From Tubiluchus corallicola (Eukaryota; Animalia; Priapulida): 64,000 bases of DNA. How positions within the stretch are numbered: the first letter of the stretch is position 1; every line of letters starts with the position of its first letter. The stretch is from the NCBI GenBank assembly GCA_030141605.1, contig JAQGDQ010000292.1, forward strand, positions 230,263 through 294,262, written 5' to 3'. The notes beneath the pieces were generated by a model that made no database searches, was not told the origin of the DNA, and saw only the letters and a list, made by a program, of their open reading frames with translations. Positions 24,164-45,745 of this stretch are shown in pieces. Both the position numbers and the translations under genes were made by a program.

Positions 24164-25285
24164 TATTACTTACAGACAGTAAACTCACTATGACACTCAC
24201 TGACTGTTATGTCACTGTTTCAGTAACCCTGAGTTAGTCACTCACTTTGTTGCGATAAGTAGGTTAACTCGTTAGTAATAACTATGAGAGACGTGACATA
24301 TAGTTAAACGCATAAATCTGTAATGTTTATTATCAACACTAATGCATCTATGTTGTACGCACCCTCAGTACTTTGTACTATCTGCTACTTAGGACAACTT
24401 CTTATCTGTGTTTTGTAAAGATAATAAATATTAAAGAGACGTATCGAAAGAAACTTTAAGTTCGATATTGCTTGCATGTATATTACCCACTAGTAACATT
24501 TGTTTACAAAGACGACAAAAACACATACCTTTCAGTAGGCTTATACAAATTATGCGGAATATAATTGACATTGGAATATTTATCGATTAATCTGCATTTC
24601 TTTTTACAGTAAAAAAAGTTGGTAAAAGAAACTTGGCACGACGAAGTTAGGTGGATGTGAAAATACTTGTAGACATAGGGTGACAGCCCAGGCAGTACAT
24701 ATACAGTGTAGGGTAATACTAGTCCCACACTGCAAAAAATCTATCTGCAGCAAACTGTCTGGTGCAAACTATCTCAGGCAAAATTGGCCCGCACACAGCA
24801 ATTTTTGTATGAAGCAATCTTTATCATGAGTAACCACAGTAAAACGTTTACTGGAGGACACATGACAAAATGATTGCTTTTTATTGATTATAGGTTCTGT
24901 CTGATGCAAATTGATGTACCTAGCCCGCGCATGGGAATAGGATAATTTATCTGAGGCAGAAAACTAAGCAAGTTGCATTTGGCGCACACGAGGCAAAATC
25001 TGTCTATAACAACTTGTATGGCACAGAATTTTGCCCACGAGCCGCGCACTTGAGAAACACTGTTTTATGAACATTGTAACGCACTGAATTTTTATTAAAC
25101 CTGTATAATTTTTTGTCCGACAAAACTCCTCCTGCTCCCGTGTGCGGGCTCGGTACAGCAATTTGCATCAGTCAAAACAAAAACAAACTAAAAACTAATC
25201 GTTTAGTCATTAGTCATAGTCATATGGGTACTAGTAAACGTTTATTGGGATAACTCATGGCAAAGTTTGCTTCATACAATAGCTG

Positions 25286-25287
<2 letters not shown>

Positions 25288-25375
<88 letters not shown>

Positions 25376-25406
25376 TGAGAGAGAGAGAGAGAGAGAGGGG
25401 GGGTGA
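25288..25406. repeat. (GA)n microsatellite
   Basis: Directly visible. Confidence 0.95.
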
Positions 25407-26620
25407 GAACGAATGAAGAAAGAACGAGACAGGGAGGGAGAGTGAAAATTATAAGTATTTCACGCCGTCTTTTCAGCATTTTGTAACATCTCTACTTTAA
25501 ACATGTAAGCTTTTGGGTACAGCATCTATACAGTTTTTGGGAATTTGAATAGCTGAAATGACGTATTGAAAGCTACATCAAAAAGTTGAAGACCTCGCAC
25601 AATGCAGTGGGTATGTAGTAAAGGTTCTTTTGCGTTCAATGAAGGGAGGAGCATGTGTGATCTATGCAAAATTTACTAATTTACATAAGCGCTGAAAAAA
25701 TTATCAGTTTACACAAATTGCACTCATTATTCTACAAATGGCGTCTGATTTTCTAATATAAAAATAAGGATTTTTGAGACGCGGAAATACAAGTTAACAA
25801 CTATCAAATTCAGAACTTTTGTTAGAAAAGTTTACTTTCTAATAATTTACATTTAATGGTCTTATATATAAAAACGAGATTTCAATATTGGCGAATTTCC
25901 TACTAAAATGGCATTCACAGAATATATAAATATAAGTTGCAAACTTATTACACGGACACAACATATTTAAAGTACGAAATATCTCTGAATATTGCAAGAA
26001 TTTTCGTTTTTCAGTACTTCCGAAAGTTCCACAAGTCCTATTCACCTCTCTCATGAGTTTCATCTTTCCTTTGCTGCAGAAACTGCAATATTTTTAGGTT
26101 GGACATAAGTATTCACCCTTGGGCTATACAGTGAATAGTTCGTGATCACCACTGCAGGTTTAGCATCACCAGCGAGAGCAAGTGCCTTCTTACAATAATA
26201 TGTAGTGAAAAAAGGTAGAAGTAGAAGTGAGAGACAGGTAATGAAAATTTCAATCTATCCAAAACATTGTCTTGCATAGATTAGATTAAATAATTTCTGT
26301 TAATAACTGTTAATTCCTTTGGTGGGTTTTGACGATGGCTTGATAATCATTGTTAAATAATAGTTCAGTATTAAATGTGGCAATACAAGTAATAACTCGA
26401 TTTCAGAGGAAAATTGTACTTAATAATATGCATAGTGAATGCTTCTTGTTTAACTCGGATTATTCGTATAGGATTATGCAGAAACTTATTAGGTTATATA
26501 TAACAATTTTTCAGAACAGTCCAAATAATTACTGAATGCGGATTTTGTGTTGCCTCTGTAGTACACGATTACGATACAGTTTTTCGTTGTTCGTACGTTT
26601 GGCACTTCGTTACAATAACA

Positions 26621-29600
26621 ATGTCAGACACACAAAGAGATGGGATTATTGGACTGTTTATGGCTTACGCTCTGATGTTTATCATTGGCTTGGTCATGGC
26701 AAGAAAAGCTGATTCTGGCGGCATGGAACTAGATTCAAATACCTACTTTCTTGCTCGTCGCAAGATGGGCATCTTCGTTGGGACACTTAGCATAACTGGC
26801 AAGACACTATTTTTTTTAAATATTTCAATGTTTTAATGCTTGCAGTATGTTAGCTCAGCTATTTGAGTTTTTCTGAAGGAAACTTTGATCTGTTTTCTAA
26901 AGACATATCCGTATTCACGAAATAAAGCTACCATCACTCGAGCATCAGTCATACAGCATAGGGCAATATTCTGCTCTGAAGTACAATATCATGATAGCAG
27001 AATCTCTCAAAAGAATTTTGCTCATAAACCACTACAACAAGGCACACCAGAACACATCATACCACACTACACCAAACTACCATGCTACCTACAACTATGC
27101 CACCCACGCCACACCACACCTGCCGTACCACCCACACTACACCACACCACCTACGCGGTTGCACTACGCCACAACGCCCACAGCTTCATATCACATCATA
27201 TAATGCCACTCACACCACAATGATGGCGGCAGCGACAGCGATTATGACGACGATGATGACGACCACAACAACAACAGCAGCAGCAGCAACAACAACAACA
27301 ACAATTTTTATCTGCACGAATGGCGGTGTTCTTTAAGGATCTGTGATAGTCCCTATTTTGTTTTTACTGTATACACTTACCACACTATATATATATATAT
27401 ACTGACGACACTAGTCTCATAATACTTCTTGGAATATCTCTCTTAGCAATACCCGGCTAGAAAGGTCTTAAAAGTCTAAAAGTGACATTGAGTTAGTTTT
27501 GAACTGGGACCCAAACTACCTGTTTTAATACGAAGAAGACGACGTTTGTATCATTTTCTCGCCACTGGGAATATTGCCTATTTTAGATAATGGCCTTGCT
27601 TCTCTTTCCAATTGGCTTTGACTTGAGTTTTGATGTTAGATAGGAAAAATATCTTACAGAAGTGACACACTGAAAAAAATGGGATGTCCGCATCGTGCTC
27701 ATAATTTTCTTTATTTTCTAAAAAATACGTTGTTGCTGTTGGACTGTGGATATATAGTGTTTTTGTTTATAAAACCCCCCTGAAAACAAAGACGTTCTAA
27801 TTTTACTGAAGAGACTATAAAATAAATTGAGATTAACACTTTACTCAAACTTTTAGTGAAAAGTGAAAAAATAGTTTATTCCCCCACATTACAAGAAATT
27901 GATGACTATCGCTGTAATATTTTTCTCCTCCTTTTTTATGTTCCAGTATTGTAGCGGCTTCCTAAGATTCAGTTTATCTCACCATCTTGTCATTATTAAA
28001 TTACAGGAACATGGGCTGGAGGAGCTTATTTAGTTGCTATTGCAGACACAATCTACAGCGGCGGTGGATTTGTTTGGGTACAAAATCCATTTGCGTACGC
28101 AATTGGACTTTTTATATGTAAGTTCTGAACACTTCAAAACTAAAGCATTTTAAATATGTTTTCAAATTTCATTAGCTAATATTGGTCTAATTAATTAGCA
28201 GGACAATATTAACTATTATTAGCAACAAATTAAAAATAACTTACGCGAATACATAACTGTGTAACTTTGAATATCATTCCATGTGCTTCTTAGAATAAGC
28301 TAATATTTATTAATTTAAAGGCGCAACCTTTTTTGCCAAGAAACTACGAGAAAATGCCTATGTGACTATAGTAGATCCCATACAGGACAGATATGGTGAC
28401 GTCATTGGTGCTTTGTGTTCCATTCCAGTAATAATAAGCGATCTGCTCTGGTCGGCTGCTTTAATGTCCACTGTTGGTACGCAATAAATTAATTTTCAAA
28501 CAATGTGTAAACTACTTTTTTATTTTCCATTAGACGTGCGTTGTGTAATTTTTGCAAATTTGATAAGAAGGGCCTGTATCCTCCGAATGACCAATTCTTA
28601 ATTTATTATTATGACTAAAAATATTATGAGTAGTATTGAGCTGTAGCGTTTCTCTAAAGTATTATCTGTAATTTCTGGTTCACCACAGCCACCTAAGTTA
28701 TGACAAAACCTAGTAATAATAAGTTTGTAGCTTCTAACTGACATTAAAACATCCTCTGACAGTTGATATACTGTTGCAGTTTCAGAGTACTGCATGATCT
28801 TTTCTGGAATAGTTAGGACAGGTGACGGGCGGTTCACATAAATAATTATTAAGATTACCTTAATGTTTTTATTACTATTTTTAGGAGTAATATCCAAAGT
28901 CATTTTAAATGTGGACGACAAATTAACACTTGTAGTAACGACGTGTATTGCCATGGTTCACATCTTAGTTGGTGGATTATATGCTGTAGCCTATACTGAC
29001 TGCGTACAATTACTGGTGTCTTTTGTTTTGCTGGTATGAACTAATTGCAAGTCAGATTCATAGTATAAAAACTTTTGTTTCATGCTCAGGTTAAAATAAC
29101 CATGAATGGTTATCTAGCCTATCAAGTTTGAAAAGAGACGACGGCTAATTACGTTGGTGATTGGAAAGATAAAACGTGTCCTCAAAATTAGATTTAGTGA
29201 CATTTCTCGAAGCTTAGTGCATCAACAGTACCACATTTGATACTTTAAGTTCTGAATGTAGGGTTGTTCTTAAATTTCAGTATACAGTGATTTAATGGTG
29301 AGAGAAATTTATTATACTCGAGAGATTATTATGATTTTTTATGGCCAAGCCTTAAAAGGGCGCTCTTCAGTTTACATAAAAACAGAATATGCCTACGTCA
29401 ACTAAATTTGGTACATTTCTGTTTTTCCATAGTGGGTGACTGTTCCTTTTGCTATAGAACACGCGGCAGTGAAATCGATTATTGAAACGAAACAGATGTG
29501 GTTAGGAAGTCTTCAACCCAAAGATAGTGGTTTATGGTTCGATTTTGCGATGACAATGTTTTTTGGTGCAATACCCCAACAGGTAAACAGACTTAAAACA

Positions 29601-32540
29601 GTCTAACGTGAACAACAACCCACCTTAAAGTATTAACTAGAAAAAATGTGATGTATGAAAAAGAAGTGGCGTATTTATTATTATTATTATTTATTCTTAA
29701 TTTACTACTTATTGTAACTTTTTGTGGTCAATTGACGTAGAACTGTGATTTCTAAAACGGATGCGTTTTCGTTCTTTCTTCTCGTTTTTAATTTGCTGGG
29801 GATGTCTGCAACCAAAACATTCAGAACAGATTTCGCAACTATTTATTGCATCGCTGACGTGTTATTCTTGTTCATCATTAATAGACTTCGATTGTGCATT
29901 ATAAAGCTCGTATTGTTTTTCTAGTCTTTAATGCAAAGAGTTTTGGCTATGAAGACACCAAGCATGGCTTCCCTTGCGATGCTTGTTTCTGGATTTGGTT
30001 ACATTATCGTAGCTGTTCCTGCAATGATACTTGGAGCTGTAGCAGTTTCCACTGGTATAAAATTCTATGTAATGTTTTGTAATTAATTAATAACAATTAG
30101 AATGATATGATCCGGCCATAATTGTTGAATATCATAGTTTTTGTAATTGTCTAGTATTTCCAGCCTTCACACTTAGTGTGTGTAATAATAACATTTAGTT
30201 GTAACGGAGAGTCCAAGTATTGTAAACTATTTTTCAGATTGGAATGCCGTTTCTGGTTATGGTGGCGAGATACCTGTTCCTGCGAGTGATTCTATAATGC
30301 CAGTTGTATTCAAGTACCTCACTTCGTCTGTAAGTCTAAAGAAACAGTGCGCAGTAAGCCAATAACGTATAAAATACTCAATAATTTCTAATGTATTGTA
30401 GCGCACGCGTTTGGGTTCAAAGTATGGCATGGTTGCCAAACTAGCGTTACATGTGACCCCTAAAAGTACCAGTAGTTCAAACTTAAGTCTTCAAAATTAT
30501 TGTTTTACAAATATTTCGGCTTTTATTGGTTAAATCTTCACACCTTTTTGCTTTCAACCAATAAGGTTTCATTTTGGTATTCCTCTCCATTCCTTAATCG
30601 ATTCTTAGTTTTTTCGTCTTGTCTTCTCTGGCTACACGGGAAGGTTCATTCTGGCCCAATCTTCTTCTACCACTGGCCTATATGTTCGGTGGTCTCTCCA
30701 ATTAACATGTACGCCTTTAGTGGATAATTTCAATAAAAACTATTCAGTGACCACTGCTCTGTTGGCTGGCAGTTTCTTGAAGATTTCCCCTCTATGTTTA
30801 TGAAGGCACGATAATCGGTAAAGGCACATATGCAGTAGGACTTTTTTGCCTTTCCTATAATGTAATAATTCTGTAGTTGAGAATATTATCTGTGTTTGCA
30901 ACCTTTTGCAACCTCCTTTGGAAAGATATTCTGTTCGTAGGCAAGCAGCTCCTATTCATTTTCCTGGAGCAAACACTTCTGGGGCAAAAATATACTTGTA
31001 GGATTATTAATGTTCTGCAGAATCGGTTGTTTTGCTTACGCCCGAAACTAAATACAGTTAAATTCAGTCACAAGAACGTTGTTTGTCGTACAACTCGCAC
31101 AATACCCGTGCCATTGTGAGGTTGCCTGTCCTGGGGATTTATGTCAGAACTTAGCCTGACGTATTATTCGCCAAAATGTCTGAAAACTACATACTGTGTT
31201 CAAAGGAATTTACGGATGTATTCATCAAGTTAAAAAATTCACTTTTATTAACTTCTTTCCACAACTGTGGATTCGCCAAAACGACCTTCTCATTTATCTT
31301 TGGTGTTTGCCTGCTTCTGTCACTAACGCCAATGAAAATATAAAATTTACTAAGTACTTCTATATTATTTTCTAAAACCTTTTTGCCTTTCAGTAATTTC
31401 AGGCTACACATTAAAGACCATTGAAAATAATGTGACTTCTCGACCAAATGTATACTGTATACTCGGTATTCAGTATATGTATACATGTATACTGAATTTC
31501 ACACTTCACTATGACATGACTGCTTCCCAAAACGACTCACATAGAATCTGTTTCATTTCAGAGTGTTGCAACCTGTGGTTTAATTGGGTTATCTCTGGCT
31601 GTATTATCATCCTTAGATTCAACCTGTCTTAGTATGAGCACCGTTTTTGCACACAACATATTTCATCGAATACTGTGGGCGAAGGTAATACGAAGCTATA
31701 AAATTCATGTATTAATTCAACGCAATAGAATTTAAAATTTTCAATAGAATGTACTCTAAATTTCAGTTAAATTTTATCGTTTTTTTTAATTATTGTAATC
31801 GTATTGTCTGGTATATCGTATATAGCATGGTAATTATAATTTTTTTTACTATAGCGTTCTGAACAATGGATATTTTGGGCATATTGTTTATTCTTTGCTT
31901 TAATTTTTGTTTATTCCAGAGTTCTGAAAGATGGATACTTTGGGCATTTCGTGTTGGAGTTTTTATTTTTGGTCTAATTGCGATCATTGTTGGGATGGTA
32001 ACAGAATCTGCTCAAGTGACTGGCTTTCTTATTGTGTGTTCTGATTTGTTATATGTGGTGGTATTCCCGCTCTTGACCACTGCAATGTATTTCCCTTGTT
32101 TCACAAACACGTACGGTGCTTTAGCATCTATTATTGTGTCTGTCGTACTGAGATTGGGTGGTGGTGACCCTACTCTCGGTCTCCGACCTTTCATTTTTTA
32201 CCCGTATTACAATGACACTGACGGGCAAATCTTTCCATTTCGTACGTTTAGCATGCTGATTGGCGCTGTAACTTTATTTGTTGTTTCTTTTGTTACGCAG
32301 TGGATATTTAGCTCCGAGAAAAGAGCCCGGCTTGATATTCTCAAGTGGAGCGTTTTGCCAAAGTTAAAACCAGCAAGTGATGAAAATCTAGACTCAGTCA
32401 AAAATAGGGAAACTGGAGTCGATTATCAGCAGTCCAGTCAGGAACAATCGGACTCAAAGTGTCGAGATCCTGAAAAATATACTTACGAAAATGTCACTTG
32501 TTTGGAGTTCAATGAACCAGAAGAACGTACTTATTTATAA
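26621..32540 (+). CDS. SLC5A7: SLC5A7/CHT1-like sodium:solute symporter, paralogue 1 (569 aa, 9 exons)
   Basis: Exons 26621-26798, 28007-28117, 28321-28476, 28885-29033, 29433-29582, 29925-30054, 30238-30329, 31562-31684, 31920-32540 (1710 nt, frame intact; intron 1 is GC-AG). Motifs YVTIVDP, GGLYAVAYTD, QRVLA, SSLDS, NTYGA, LRLGGG.P, FPFRT. Symbol indicates family, not proven orthology. Confidence 0.9.
27029..27304. repeat. Low-complexity CAC/CCACA-rich tract followed by (GAT/GAC)(CAG)(CAA) microsatellites
   Basis: Directly visible in intron 1 of paralogue 1. Confidence 0.85.
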
Positions 32541-34685
32541 AGCATCTCTGCAGGTTCTATAATACATGTACATACCCATATATATTATAGGACAAATTTG
32601 GACACTTGTCTCATTTGTCTAGACGTCGGCACATAAATAAGCAGCAGATAAATAAACCGAGTTTTTTTTACGCTGTTTCGAGTTTGTGTGTTCGAATGAA
32701 TAATTGATGATTAATTTTGTTGTTCCTAACACGCAGTAAAAATTTATAAGCGATGCGCACATACTGCTAGCGCGTTCAAAACAATTTTTACGTATGTACA
32801 TTATGAAAGCTGCCATATTGTTGTCTTAATATTAATCCTACGACGACTAAATTTTCAATGAAACTATTAATAATATTGCGCAATGCTAAGAACAGGAATG
32901 CTTCAACAACTTTAACTTAGACCATGCCTTTAACTCCATTTGCAACTCGTTCTCTCTCTCGGTGCAATATTCAGAGCTTAGCTTCACGAAGACACATTCC
33001 AAAATATAGTGACCTTAGTAGTTTTAGAGACAAATAGAATAAAGAATATATTGTAACCAATCACAGACGAAAGGGCAAAGGCCACCCGGTTTGGTTAGTC
33101 TAGGTGATTTCGTTGTTCACATCTAAACTGCATTTAATTATTTCACATTTTCCGTCTTTCAAGTTTGGTATCAAAATCTAATTAATTGTGAGTTTCGTAA
33201 CATCATTACATTTTTTTACAAAGTCATCCAGAAAAAACATTTCCTGCAAATTCTTTAGTAAAATAAAAATTACAAGTCAAAAATGCGTAAAAATTTAACA
33301 GAATAACAGTGAATATATAACGGTCAAGGTCCTGCAAACAAGAAACAATTTAATTGTAAGTCGTATGCTTTGTTTTTGCTGAACCTTGTAAACATGATGT
33401 TTAAAATTATATTTCCACACCGAATAAAATAGTTTTTTCAAAATTTCCTGAAATTAATAGCATGTCTAAATTAATCAGTGTGCAATACTTACTTTACTAA
33501 ACGAACAATTATACAATTACACAAACGACAAACAAACAAACGACGAATGAATAAACAAAAAGCATAAAACATAAACGAAAGAATGAGAAAACGGATAGAG
33601 CGAGTAAGGAAGTTAACAAATTAACGGACAAACGCATGAATGAATGAATATACAGGCAAGCAAGCAAACATACAAATCAAAAATTGCCTCCAAGGTAACA
33701 CGTAAGCTCAGAGAAACTTGCCCTCTGCATTTCATTTCACAACTGCAAAAAACTATTTTGAAAACCTGCTGCACTTGGTGACAAATGACCAAAGGCTATG
33801 AACGTACTTGAGAAGTGCTACGCCAGTTTGCAAAAAGTTTTATAGCGAGCCACGAGTGGAATGTGACAGGAAGCTTGGCTTGACACTCCAAATGTACGGT
33901 AAGTTGCAACATTTTTTTCGGCCATTTTATACTATAGATTCACGATAAGATATTCGGCCTAAAATAGTGGATAGGATTCAGCTGTCTATGTAGGTTCTTC
34001 TTACGTGTAAAAACGATGATAAAAATAATTTTGCAAAATTGTAACTTTTTGATGCGTTATAACCATTTTATAAGAGAGCACGTCAACTCTGAATTCGAAT
34101 GAGCTGAGTAGCCAGCTAATAGCCTTCGTTATCTAATATGAACTTGAAAGCGCAATAATATGCTTAATATGCACAGCAGTGCTACAAATGCATGGGAAAA
34201 GTTCACTTTCTCAAGTATTACAACTTTCATTTTCAAGCAGTTACCCTTGGAATGCTTTTAACGTGCCCTTTAGCATAGATTTTGTTTCAAGACTACATAA
34301 CCTGCTGTTTTCATCATCGTAAGGGTTTACAACACTGACTTTGATATCGTTACAAGTAATACATAACAGCAAAATATTGTTACTATTCCAAAACGCATTC
34401 AATTGTTTAAAAACAACTGTAAAGAAAAATATTGTAAACAATCCGAATATCAGGTAACATTAAAATTGCCTAGGCTATGCAAGTTGACAATTTGTATATC
34501 ATAAACTACGTGTAGTTTATTGTGTAGATCGTAAACTACGCATGTGTAATCTTCTAAAAATGCTAAACATTTTTCAAGGATTTTTCTCTTGGGGCATTTA
34601 TTTCAGATCCGTTCGAAGATGAGATACTTGTTCATCATTATCCCCAATTAAACGTGTTGTTTTTTAATTATTGCAGTCATCAAAT

Positions 34686-42359
<7,674 letters not shown>

Positions 42360-43316
42360 TTAGTGATTGACAGTAGGATAAAAACTCAGGAGCTATTTAA
42401 TGTTATTTACAGGTAGAACAGAGAAAAATGTATAAAGAATTACATAAAAACCCCAAATCCATTTCACTGACATACAATAAAGTAATCTAAAGTAAAGTTT
42501 TAGGAAATATCTTATAAGACATACAGCCACTGTAGGCCTTCTTATTAAAAATAAGTTTAAATTTCTGGTAATTATTAAATATTGTAAAATTCGTTGTGAA
42601 ATTTTGTGTGTGTAAATGTTTAAACGAGTATTTGTTCTTTTTTACATTGACTTTGCTCTGCACTCTGCAAGCTGAGGTCCAGCACTTAGCAGCAGCACTT
42701 ACTTAATGTAAAAGGTTGTGGTGGGAGTGGACCAACCACAATATCAAGGATATTTTCCTAGAGAATTCATATCGAGGATATTCTTCTAGAAAGATGTCTT
42801 ATCCACATTCTGATGAATAAATATTTTTTCTCAACAAGGGAAACTGCAAGGACAGGGAAGCAAATTAAACTGCCCGGAAGAATTTTTCCTCGGCAGTTAC
42901 AAATCTAATTAAAGACCAGGTTCAGCATTGCTAAACTCTAGTCATTAAACAAAAACTGTGACCATTCCACTACTCCTCACCCTCGTTTAGCAAACAGCTT
43001 TTTATCTAATCAGCTAGCAATGATCTATGAACATGATTTCATGATCACATCATCAGTGGATACTGGCTGCACTTTTACCATGTCAAGTATATTGAATGAG
43101 ATGAGCATGAGCATAAACTAATGAAAGTACATTACCATATCATTTCCACTTAAAGATCACTTGACTACTTGCCTGCATTTTCCTCTTTTATGTTCACTGT
43201 ACTTAATCTGTGTAAGCAGTCTTTTCTGGCAAAAAAGGTGAATTGCACGATATGTCAATTATTTCACAGTGTCAATTAATACCGCGTCCAAGAGTGAAGT
43301 GTACGATGAGTCATAG

Positions 43317-43467
43317 TACAGTTAAACCTTGTTATAAAACCCTCTTTCATAATACCAACCTCGATTAATGAGTAGTTTTTTGTCAAAACAAAATGTCTGT
43401 ACTTGCATAGACATGTATGTGTTATTGCACTGTTCCAAAGTGGGTGGTATAAAGAGGCTTGATTGTA
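43317..43467. mobile_element. Short Tc1/pogo-type MITE with TA TSD
   Basis: TA-CAGTTAAACCTTGTTATA ... TATAAAGAGGCTTGATTG-TA imperfect terminal inverted repeats. Confidence 0.65.
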
Positions 43468-44004
43468 CTTTAGTTAAACACTAAATGACCTCATCCAGAC
43501 TAAGCAAAGTGAAGGGTTAATAAGATAAAAGAATTAACATTAGGCAAATTTTTATATCACAGCATCAAATGGATTTTCCTTCTTTTTCAAATATATAATT
43601 AAACAAAAAAGTAGTTTTGAAATGGAATAAATATTTTATTCTTACAGTTAGTTATTTTGTTACACATATAAAAATCAAGCCAGATTCATAAAAATGTTGT
43701 TTTTCAGTCATTTTGTGTAATTGCGTAAATAAAAAAATTAGTTGAGATTCATTTCTCTGTTGTATAAACATATCAAAATGAGCACGAAAACTACAAAAAA
43801 CTAACTAGTGACACTGGTATCAAAACAACATTACAAGACTTTAAAATATGGGTAAAGTTGACTTTTTTGGACGGCAAATTTATCATTAACATTGTCATTC
43901 TACAAGCCACTTCTTAAAATGTGTTGTTTTAGGACGGAAACATTAATAATCATACGTCTTTTTTCGCACTGACAAAAATGTTTAGGGAGAAAAAGATTAA
44001 AGTT

Positions 44005-44669
44005 ATATGTGTGCTTGCAAACCAAAACCGTCCATAAGTCGGCATAGTTAAAACTACGTTATGGTGCTATGCAGTAGAATGTACCAAAAATTTGGTCAAA
44101 TGTCAATTTTTTTGTTTTTTTATAAAAACAAACGCTAAATATATTAGACTTTTTTATTCTAGCAGCAAGTTATCAAGAAAATGTCCAAAAAATACTAAAA
44201 ATCCAATTTTATAATCCTATGCTCATTTTTCTGCCTAGAAACTAGTACTGTATTTGCAAAAAAACAGGTATTTTCAAACGCAGATAGTATCTCATGGAAG
44301 CAGTCATTTTGCTTCAGGGTTTTTTCTGTTCACAAGCCCAAATCTTTGTCAGGAAGAGCAATCTACTGGATTTCAACATAAATTCAATGTGCTCTTGCAA
44401 AGTCCATAGCAACCGTATGGTTGCAAAGTGTTTTGTAGAGGCGCGACAAAAAACAATGGCTGACTTTAACAGTGATTTTCTCAGATCATGTTTTTCATTG
44501 CATAGCCTGCACCTCAAATTCAACGTGGATTACCTCAGTTTAGAAATAACATAGAGCAATGAGCTTGGTATCAAAATGATCCTCATGAAATGGAGACTCA
44601 GGGTATGTGAATAACAAGAAAACGTTAATTGCCGACTTATGGACGATTTTGCTACGCAAGCACACATAT
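44005..44669. mobile_element. MITE with about 40 bp terminal inverted repeats
   Basis: atatgtgtgcttgc..caaaaccgtccataagtcggca versus tgccgacttatggacgattttg..gcaagcacacatat (16-bp perfect core at 44029-44044 / 44630-44645). Confidence 0.75.
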
Positions 44670-45745
44670 GCTTATAACCTGGATACTACTATTTTTCTTT
44701 CCGTCTTTTTCCCTTCCTCCCCCCTCTCTCCAGTTCATGTGATAATATAATTTCATTACTTCATTACTTATAACAAGCAAATGGAGTACTTGTCTTGATA
44801 AGCAACTGTAGTTCTCTATATTTTCTCTTCCCTCACACAATCAACCCAATAAGGTAGTGATTTATAAAGCCACTGATGAGCTTCAACTAGCATTCGCTTT
44901 GAGATGAAACAGCTAACAGCTTTTTACTACTTCTGCAAGAAAAAAATAACAAGTATTAAGCTAAATCAAACCACGGCACACAATAAACAGCTTGACATTG
45001 GCCAGCTTTCTTTTCTGAATTGCTACAGCAGTCCATAAGTAAACAGCAAAGTTCTTTACAGTGCGGTAAGTTCTTGCTCAATGATGGTAATTTACTTTAG
45101 CAAGTGCAATGTTAAGTGAAATATCGCTTAAAATATAAACAAGCAGCACAACTTTCCTTTGCGTCAGTTTTAGCTGATTTAAGTGTTTTCGATACAAGTA
45201 TAAGCTTGGCTATTTGCTTATTAATTTCTACTTTTTAAATGTACATGCTTTCATTATGTCTAATTTTATTTTGCATTATTCTTTTTTCAAAATTTTATTA
45301 AAACAGCATCAAGCAACTGTACCTGTCTTAACTTGTCATTTCTTTTAATTTCACAGATGATGATCTGTTTGAGCAAAAGTTCTGTACAAATAAATCAATG
45401 TGCGACTGCTTACATTGTTTCTTTTTACTTGCACATTATTTCAATCTTTCAAAAAGCCTTTACTCCACTAACTACAAGTATATAAACCTCACTTTACTGC
45501 ATTTGACTGTTTCTGAAAAATATCTATCACAGATAGCATGGAGCCATTCCTGCTGAAAATTGCCTCAACCACAGCTGTGGTATTTTTTTATCATGTCCAC
45601 AGCAACAATGGCAATGACAATGATGATGACACCTGACAACATTGACTACTTGTTCCTCATTCTTGGAATAGGTCAAATAAAATGTTTTTTCCATATTTTC
45701 CAATACACAAATGCTATAAAAATTTACGGTAAGATCACAAAATAC

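Noticed and set aside
43940-45560. Candidate AHI1 terminal exons (acceptors near 45512, 45381, 44932 and 43968)
   Set aside because: Several are phase-compatible and none has a recognisable motif; cannot choose without transcript data.
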